Below, one piece after another: positions 25,881 through 34,800 of a stretch of 64,000 nucleotides of DNA. The translations under genes and the position numbers were made by a program. Numbering within the stretch: position 1 is the stretch's first letter; each line of letters begins with the position of its first letter. Where the stretch lies: positions 124,001 to 188,000 of IMG/VR virus record IMGVR_UViG_3300029911_000001. One strand, 5' to 3'. The notes under the pieces were generated by a model that ran no database searches, had not been told where the DNA came from, and saw only the letters and a program-made list of their open reading frames with translations.

Positions 25881-26638
25881 AGGCACAACTACTCAGCGAC
25901 CTCCACACGGAGTTCCATAAATTCTTCGGCCCCTTGGAATTCCTTCGGTGGATTCCCTACGAGCCTGACTTGGACTTTCTGTTCCTGCTCGGGGACATCG
26001 TTGTGCCCGGAGTGCAGGACGTAGATGAGTGCCGTCAGGTGTTCGAGTATCTTGGCACCAAGGCCAAGCACGTTCTCTACGTTGTCGGCAACCACGAATA
26101 CTACGGCTCTCTCGGTAAGGATAGAACCGATGACATCCTACGTTACATCATGCCAAGCAATATGGTCTGGCTCGACAACAACGATGTGACCCTCGACGGA
26201 GTTCACTTCTACGGTGGAGCGATGTGGTTCCCCGACCAGCCATTCAACCGGCTGCACGAGCATGAGATAAACGACTTCAGCCTCATCCCGGACATCCACG
26301 ATTGGGTGTACCAGAGCAACGCACGCTTCCGTGAGAACGGTGCTGACTTGATTCGGACAGACACCATCGTCCTGACTCATCACCTTCCATCGCGAAAGAG
26401 CACGCCGCCGATGTACCGGGAGAGCACCACCAACTGCTTCTTCGTCTCAGACGAGGAGAGACTCATCGAAGCATCGAAGCCTAGCCTGTGGCTCCACGGT
26501 CACACCCATCATCCGTGCGAGTACACGCTGTGTCAGACGCAGGTCGTATGCAACCCGTACGGCTACCCTGCGGAGAGAAAGAGAATGGGGCCGTTCAAAC
26601 CAACTGTGTTTGAATTTGAACCTAAGAAATTTCTATGA
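25877..26638 (+). CDS. Calcineurin-like metallophosphoesterase
   Basis: SDLH, GD, GNHE, THH, HGHTH. Confidence 0.9.
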   Translation: MKAQLLSDLHTEFHKFFGPLEFLRWIPYEPDLDFLFLLGDIVVPGVQDVDECRQVFEYLGTKAKHVLYVVGNHEYYGSLGKDRTDDILRYIMPSNMVWLDNNDVTLDGVHFYGGAMWFPDQPFNRLHEHEINDFSLIPDIHDWVYQSNARFRENGADLIRTDTIVLTHHLPSRKSTPPMYRESTTNCFFVSDEERLIEASKPSLWLHGHTHHPCEYTLCQTQVVCNPYGYPAERKRMGPFKPTVFEFEPKKFL

Positions 26639-26934
26639 ACCCTAACGAACTAAGGATGTTGGCCGCTATCTGCCGGACGTACGGCAAGCGTGTGTTGGAG
26701 GGTTCACCCGGCGAGTGTGGTTGGGAGATTACTATCCCTCAGGGTATTATCGCCAACCTACCCCCCGGAAATATCGTTCAGCCGAACACCCCGCCCAACA
26801 GTGGCTTTAAGCTTCGCTTCGACCCTATTCTCATTGTGGATGGGGGTAAGGCTACCTTCATCGTCAAGGAAGAACCTGTTGAATCACCTAAACTGGAGCC
26901 CCAAAAGGAAGAGTCGGGAAGCTTAGATAGCTAA
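26635..26934 (+). CDS. Hypothetical protein
   Basis: ATGA coupling. Confidence 0.55.
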   Translation: MNPNELRMLAAICRTYGKRVLEGSPGECGWEITIPQGIIANLPPGNIVQPNTPPNSGFKLRFDPILIVDGGKATFIVKEEPVESPKLEPQKEESGSLDS

Positions 26935-27082
26935 TCCCGACCCCCGCCTCCAACCTGTGGAGGTAGTCCCTGCACTAGCAGGGACAATCACTTGCTACAG
27001 TCAGCTACTCGATAAACACGCCCATAGGCAGCAGCCTCTTACAAGAGGTATTGAAATTCAGTCTTTTCAGTTCTTATTGTAG

Positions 27083-27742
27083 ATGAGACCGAATATTCCA
27101 AAACTAGCCGCCTCCCCTATCCTCACCCTGAAGACGAAGCCGAAGTTCCGCAACGAACTGCTTCAGTCGCAGACTTGGCCTCAAGATGTGAATTATCTGC
27201 GAGATACCTATTTAGACCTCATCATGATTTGGGAAGAACTAAAGGAGCCCTCGACGGATAAGCTCCTCTTCGAGAGGACTCAGCCCCGGCTACAGGAGCT
27301 TGTGGACGGGCTCACTGACGTTTCCACCAAGGTTCCGTACCTTTCAGCTATCAAACGCCTCATGGTCAACGCACGTCATGACATGAACATCGCCAACAGC
27401 TATGGACGGGCTGGTGACTTTGCTTCAGCCACTATGTACCAACATTACTCTCTGACTAGGGTTCACGATGTGCTGGAGTCGATGACTCGCTTTGGTAGCG
27501 TCCCCTCCCGCCAGCGTCTGGCCTACGGTTACGACATCAGCGGAGAGGTGTTTGATGGTTCAGGGGAACTCGCCAACCGTGAGAACGAAAAGAATCTCAA
27601 CGACACGGCTGAACCGAAAGATCACCACGAGACTCCACCTAACCCAGCCAACCTGATGCGGGATACGGACGCCGACAAGGAGTTTCCTGAGTTGAGCGAG
27701 AAGAAAAATGACAAGGTCATTTGGCCTCCGAGGAGACGATGA
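27083..27742 (+). CDS. Hypothetical protein
   Basis: 219 aa ORF. Confidence 0.7.
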   Translation: MRPNIPKLAASPILTLKTKPKFRNELLQSQTWPQDVNYLRDTYLDLIMIWEELKEPSTDKLLFERTQPRLQELVDGLTDVSTKVPYLSAIKRLMVNARHDMNIANSYGRAGDFASATMYQHYSLTRVHDVLESMTRFGSVPSRQRLAYGYDISGEVFDGSGELANRENEKNLNDTAEPKDHHETPPNPANLMRDTDADKEFPELSEKKNDKVIWPPRRR

Positions 27743-27743
27743 G

Positions 27744-28730
27744 CTATCGCAGGTATACTGCAAACACAATATCGTCGTCTCCTGTGGAGACTTCCATTGT
27801 CACTGTGTTTGTTGAGAGGGTGTAGTATCCTATTTCCCCCACCCCCACTCCACCAATTACGGGAATCTGAAACACACCATTCAAGTAGAGACCTATCATA
27901 AGGGTAGGGCTATAGGTCAAAGTGAACACGGTACCCGGACTAGACCCTGATGGGGGCTCAACTACAAGCTTCGCGGCGATTGCGGCGCTCAGGTTAGATT
28001 CCGTAACAAGGGAGCCTATATCACTTAGGTCAGTTGAGGCTAGTTGTCCTACGGTAATAGCCCCACCCACCGTTGACTGTTTTAGAACTTGGTGAGGACC
28101 TCCCGTCCCTGCCAAGTTGGAACTCGTCCCCCCTTGGTCTACGGCACAGGTTCCGCTTAGATCACTGAAAGACGATGCTTCACCTCCTGCGGTATAGAAC
28201 GAGGGGGTGAAGGGGAACGTGAGATACCCGTCCAAGGAACCTACTACTTGAGAGATAAAGCCCAGCGTCTGGACGAAATTAGGGGATGTTGGTTTTACCT
28301 TAGTCACACTTCCGGCTGTAGTTGGACTAAGGTAGACGGGTGACCCTATATCACTCGGGGAGAACCCAGATACAAACTCCATCGTCGTAAGCCCCTGTGT
28401 ACAAACGACAATAAAATCCCCAGCTTCTGCTGGAGCAGTAACAAACCCCAACGCGGGAAGGTTACTCAGGCTTGAGGCACTAGCTAATTGAGCGTATACC
28501 CCGCTAATAGAGTCGATGGTAGTGTAGTAGAGGTTTACTAGGCTCCCAGAAGGGAGGTCAGTGGCGGCGATAGCTGACACTGGTGCTCCAGTAAAACTAG
28601 AGTCAATTTCACCATTGACATTCAGTACAACCGGTGACCCCTCACCCCCTGCTCCTGTGTACGACGACACACCGGGGGTTATATCAATGAGCCCCGTAAC
28701 TTGATTAAAAACGCAAATTTGTGTAGCCAT
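27744..28730 (-). CDS. Probable virion decoration/fibre-associated protein
   Basis: Gly/Ser/Thr-rich beta-type sequence; ALGFV...G.PVYLS...G.VTK motif of cement/fibre-like proteins. Confidence 0.5.
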   Translation of the reverse strand: MATQICVFNQVTGLIDITPGVSSYTGAGGEGSPVVLNVNGEIDSSFTGAPVSAIAATDLPSGSLVNLYYTTIDSISGVYAQLASASSLSNLPALGFVTAPAEAGDFIVVCTQGLTTMEFVSGFSPSDIGSPVYLSPTTAGSVTKVKPTSPNFVQTLGFISQVVGSLDGYLTFPFTPSFYTAGGEASSFSDLSGTCAVDQGGTSSNLAGTGGPHQVLKQSTVGGAITVGQLASTDLSDIGSLVTESNLSAAIAAKLVVEPPSGSSPGTVFTLTYSPTLMIGLYLNGVFQIPVIGGVGVGEIGYYTLSTNTVTMEVSTGDDDIVFAVYLR

Positions 28731-28854
28731 CGGTCGTATCCTCGTCTCAGGTATCCCAAATAAGGGGTCTATCCATGAGCTTGATAGCCAAAATTATTTT
28801 GTGACTACCGACGCCTATAAGTATAGGGGCATCTCGCCTCGTTATGGGAGTCAC

Positions 28855-31800
28855 ATGTTTAAGTTGTTTCAAAAATTCGGGATTCTTGTTACCTTGGTTT
28901 TCGCCTTTGGTTGCTCTATAGGACAGGCACAAATAAATCCAGAACAAATTCGGTGGCCTCTGCTCACAGGGACAGGTGTTCCTACCCTCTCCTGCTCGTC
29001 CGTTAACTATGGGCAACCTTACCAGAACACAGCAGTTACACCGAATACTTACTACACATGCGGCACAGATGGTTGGCAGATACGTATATCCCTCGGGCCT
29101 AAAGTGAATGCGACGAGCGTAGCCTTTGGCGCGGCATCATCCTGCGCAAACACTGCTGATCCAACAATGACACTGGATTCAACCTGCGCTATTAGGGCGG
29201 CGATTGCTTACGTTTATGCCCACGGTGCCAATGGAGTCTACCCAGCATTATATCTACCCGTTGGCAACTACAAGACTACCGCTGAGATACGAATACCCTG
29301 CGACGTATGGCTGGAGGGTGACGGGGTAACGGCAACCGTTATTTCCTTGACCAACAATGCAGCAAACGGAATTACCGTGTACGGCGATAACTCCGGCTCC
29401 GGTGATGCGTGGCAGTGCGTCGGCGGAATGCATGGTCTTGGTATTACCGCCATTGGCGCTCATCTTTACACCGCCGACCAATTGGAGATTGTCGGGTCTA
29501 CTGCATACACATTGAGGGATGTACTGGTACAGGGCGGCGGTGGCAGAGGTATCAATGTCACTGGCGGCTCAGAACGCTTGGACGCTGAAAATATCTTCAT
29601 CAACACAGTTCGCTGGCCTATGCTGTGGAAAGGTAACGAGAACCATCTCCGAAAATTGAACATTGCAGACCCCGGAAACTCCTCGGACAACTGGTGCTTT
29701 GCACAGGGAAATTGCGTTACCACACACACTTTCCCCAACTTTAATTGGAGCCTTCAGCAGACTCTAGTTTCAGCGGTTGGCTCAGGAACCCGCGCCTCCT
29801 ATGTTGTCACTGACACGGGGGGTGCCGGTTCTACTTTGGGTGTCTCCCCCATCGGCATTGGGCAATGGTTCACTGTTTCTGGAGTCACTGGAACGACCGG
29901 ACTGAATGGTGTGTTTCAGGTCGCATCGGCGACGAATGGCACCGTGACAGGTGGCTGCGCCGCGAACAGGTGCTACACCATTACTGCGGTAAATTCGACA
30001 AGTGGAACCGGCACCGGACTTGGCTCCGCAACGTTCCAACCGACTATTGTTGCAGATAGAAACGCCGCCGTTTATGCCTCCGGCTCAACATTCAAGATTG
30101 ATGGAGGATCGATCAAATCGCTAGAGTCATCTGGATGCTTTGATATTGGTAGCACGTTCGGAAGCACAATCGCTAACATTTACTGCGAGGGCTATCCGGT
30201 GAACGGCCAGCCCCACGTAAACTCATCAGTTACTGAGGGTAACCTCCCTGCTGAAACAACTACAACTGCCAGTCTTGGAGCTTCTGCGACAACCGTCACC
30301 GTGGTGGATACCTCGTGGTTCCCTAACTATGTGCAGACGGCATCTGACGCTAATAGTGCAGATATAATACAAGGAAAAATTGCCCCTTGCGACTACATCG
30401 AGCCACCAAACACCGGCTACAATGTGCAATCTGCCTGCGCTCCAACTGGCGTGTTGAAAGGCATGTGGGAAGCAGTCCAGATAACGATGACATCGACAGG
30501 TGCCCTGCTACAGCGGTGCCAGTCTGGGTCTACGGTAACGTGTACTGCCTATACGAGCGGACCTGTATGGCCTTCTGGCTCTCTGATTGCCAACGGACCT
30601 CCGGGAAACTATTCCTACCTCAAACTGGACACCGACCATTTTAATGCAATTGATGAGCCGGGGGCTAACTGGGCTGCGTATTGCAACGATCAATCATCTT
30701 TTATATGCGGAGAAATCATTGGTGGTGGTATTGAGAATGGTCTCACAACCGGGAGTTCTGGGTCTACGCTGGGAAGGCTTCAGCAAGCCCAAATCTTGTT
30801 CGACAATGATGAGTGGTGGGGCGGTATAAATTCGGCATCGCCGGGAAGTTCCTACTATGGCGACGGAACAATCAAAGCTGTAGGGCTTGGCATCGTCGCG
30901 CAAGCTACGGGAAGCACGTTCGGAAATGGGTATGCGGCGGATTCAAATGCTGTCAATGGGAAATTCACCGATGGCACAGCCAATAACGTCAATGACTCAG
31001 CACCCGGATTCGTCAATGTTCAATCGGCTGATACCTATTACCCTTCCTCTGAGTACAACAATCTCAGCAATGGCATGATCTTCAGCGCTTCGAGCGGTCT
31101 CTTCCGTAAAAACTTGAATGCCTACGGAGACCCCATTACTGGAAACAATCCGGGCGCGGGGTCGAATGGCTACAACAATGGAGCAGAGGTCGCAAACTCG
31201 ACTTGCACTTACGATACTCCGCTGACTTCAGGTACGCACTCGCTGAATCGCTGGTGTTTCGTGGGGGGACCAGGCAATAGTGGCACAGCAGCCGGTGTTG
31301 AATATGACACCTACAATACCGGGTCGTCAATATGGGTGACTCAGTTCAAAATAGACGGCACAGGAGCCATCACATTTGGGGGAGTTCCGACCTTTACAGA
31401 TGCAATTTTCCAAGCCCTACACATGGCTGCACCGGGGGATAAGGTTTATTTGGGCGATCCCGGCAACTGGCTTGAACGCGACAACACACTAAGCGGGGCA
31501 ACTCATTTTGCCGCACCGGGGTTTGACTTTGACAATAATGGTTCAGGTTCTCCACTAAACATCATGGACGGGGCTGGTGGCACATATCACGGGTACCTCT
31601 GCCTCAACTTGGATTCGTGTATCTCTAGAAATGGAAGCTCTAATCAGTTTCACTTTGGAAGCGGAGCCTATGGAGCCAGTGACGGAGCACTCTTTGCAGC
31701 CAACGCCACCTTCGGCGGCACGCTAACCGCGTTGAACGGGAGTATAAACTCCGTGATGAATGGAGCTACAGCAGAGTTTGGGATGAGTTCGTATCTCACA

Positions 31801-34800
31801 GCACCGTGTACTGCGACCGTAGCCAACACATCGCACGTTGTCACTATTCTCAGCGGATGCACGTTCCCTAGCCCGATGACAGGGTACGTGTTTCATTTGG
31901 GCGACAGTGTGTCAGGTTCCTTGGATGGCACACTGACCTATCTGTCGCCCACGACCGCCACGATGAATGTCGCGTCTACTTGGACTTCCAGCAGCGGGAT
32001 CAGCGCGACCGTGAACGCCGGAGGTACTGGCTATGCGGTCGGTGATACCGGGACAGTCAATGGCGGAAACAGCAACGCACGGTATTGGGTGCAATCCGTT
32101 TCGGGAGGTGTAGTCACTGGAATTTACATGAACAGCGGTGGGTCTGGATATACAAGTGCAACGGGAGTTGCGACTGCAACGGGAGGCATTCAGCCCGGAA
32201 GCGGCACGGGCCTTACACTCAATACCACCGCAGCATTGACACCGGAAACGCTCTATTTTGGCCCTGATAATTGCACATCGGCAAATGCTTGGTTCGCCGC
32301 CGCAAGTGGAGGAAGAGGTACTCTATCTCCGGGTGTTTATATGTCGTCCTGTCCACTTCTCCAAGGCAGTGCAAATTCATTTTTCATCGAGGGTACAACC
32401 AAGACAAATACCATCCTTGTCGATGCAGACTCTTCATCGCACCCTGATTTTATCGGAGTCGGGAATAACGGCTCCAACTCTGTTTCACACATCGCTAATA
32501 TAAGCGCGGTCGGAAACAAGAATACCACCCGTGGCTGCATCTCGATCTTTGGCCCAACGGATCACACATCGCAAGACTTCTCCTGCTATGATTCGGGCGC
32601 AGCATCCCTATACCTGAACAATGCCGTTTCAGCCAATATAAATCAGTTCTCTTCCGCCCCCTCGAATACTTCGATTGTGCAGCCGGTGAATTGCGTCAAC
32701 TACGTAGCCAGTGGCCCGTCTGAGTTTCACAGTTTGACGTGCGAAGGTGCGTCTGGGTACTCGATCAACAATACTGGACAAATGACGATCACCGCCAGCC
32801 AGATTGATTATGGGTTGCAAGGCCAACTTTACAACAGCAGTACTGGTTACGTGTACATCAACGGCGGGACTCTACTTGGATGTGAGCTGACCACATGCGC
32901 TAATGGAGTGACCAATTATGGCGTAGTAAATGTTGAGGATGGAGGGGTGTCAGTCTCCTATCACGGATATTCTGGCTCGATCTTCTATGGCTCGAATGTT
33001 GCGCTCGATGGTCTAAACTCTACCTTTGTGTTTGATTCTGGGTCGCTATGCACAATCGCCGGGTTAAGACTTGGACTAAATGGGATCACAGACAATGCAG
33101 GATGCGCCATCGCCGGACCAACTGTAAATGAGAGCACCGGAGTTGGGACTGTAGACTATCCAACGTCGCAATCGTTGCAAACGGGAATTTACGGCAATCA
33201 ACTAATAATGGCTTCCGGTCCTCTCGCCTTTAGATATGGCTGCGCTACTTATGGTAATTCTTCATGCAACGTGACTCCAATGGCACAGGTGCCGCTTGCC
33301 GCATCGACCACATGGGCGATTCAATTTCAAGGGCAGTGGAACACTGACACTACAGTTCCATTCATCAAGACCGTGACTTATGCCAGTCCTACATTCACGG
33401 TTGCAGGACAGACGGTAACATGCAAGCAGGCTACCACGAATTTCAATACCACTCGCTCCGGTCAGTTTGTCTGCTATATTGCTCCTTCATCCATCGGTCA
33501 GGTTGGATTTACGGGGTCGTGGATTATCTATCCGAACGGAATGAATACGCCGACAGGACTCGGTGCCCCTTATTGTGCTGCCGGGATATGCAACTCTACT
33601 GGCACAGCGTGGGGTTCCAGTTATGGAATCGTGGGCTCAGGGTCAAATGTAGTTCTGGCAACGTCTCCAACCCTCCAAAATAGTTTGACGGTCACTAATG
33701 CAGGTAACGTGTCTTTGACACTGACAGATACAGCCACTGGCACCATCAGCAACACCGAGTTGCTAGGAGATGGTTCGGTAAATCACTACGACGACACAGC
33801 AGTTGTCAATTACTTTGATTATGCTAGTGGCGTTTCCAACCTCTATCTATCCACTAATCAAACTACCACGACGTTTCCAAATACGTTCAATGCATTCCCG
33901 CATGGGCTTTATGCGGGAAGCACTAACCAGTTCCAGATTGATGCCAGTGGCAACGTGACAGCACCCTCTGTCAATGTGTCAGCCACAAACTACCCATTAT
34001 TTGGTAACATCCCCGGAGTCGGGAATGTGTGGTCCGCTGTGAATAGTAACTGCAAACTTTCGCAGTTGTCTGGCGGGTCGGGTGGTTACACTGATGGAGG
34101 GTACTGCTCCACACAACAATTCCTTAGCACTGTTCCCGGGTGGAACGATCTTGGAACTATTGGTGCTTATCTTCCAGCCGCGCAGAGTATTACGATGAAC
34201 AACTACTCAACTGGAATTGAGTCAGTGTTGGCTATTCAAGTAAACTCCCCGGCGGGAGGAGACCAGAATGGCATCGACTTCCAAGATCACGTTCGCAACG
34301 CTCTGAATCATGGAGGAGATCAAGGCCAGTCTGACCTTCAAATTCAGTCCTACGAGGGAGGAGAACCCACAGGGACAGTAACATCAGTCACACCTGTAGC
34401 TTCTGGAGTTCAAGTTGCACTAACATGCTCTGCGAACTGTGACCAGATGGGAATCATGTCTGGCCCACTGGTCGATATGACAGAGGCAATTCCTGCCACG
34501 GTTACTTACGTCAGCACATCGGGCGGTTTGGCTACGGTAACGTCCAGCAATACTGTTCCCGTTTCGACATCGGGTACGCTCGCCAGTGCTGCCAATGCTC
34601 AATGGTCAAACGCGACAACTTATCCTTCGGGCATCATCGTTCTATACATAGGAGCGGCGTACTACCAAAGTTTGCAAAACACAAACGTTGGGCATGAGCC
34701 GGATACCTCTCCTAGTTGGTGGACACTAGTATCTCCGCCTAGCGGGAGGCTATCCTCGAACATTGTAACGTGGAACATGAACACCGGCACTACTCTGACA

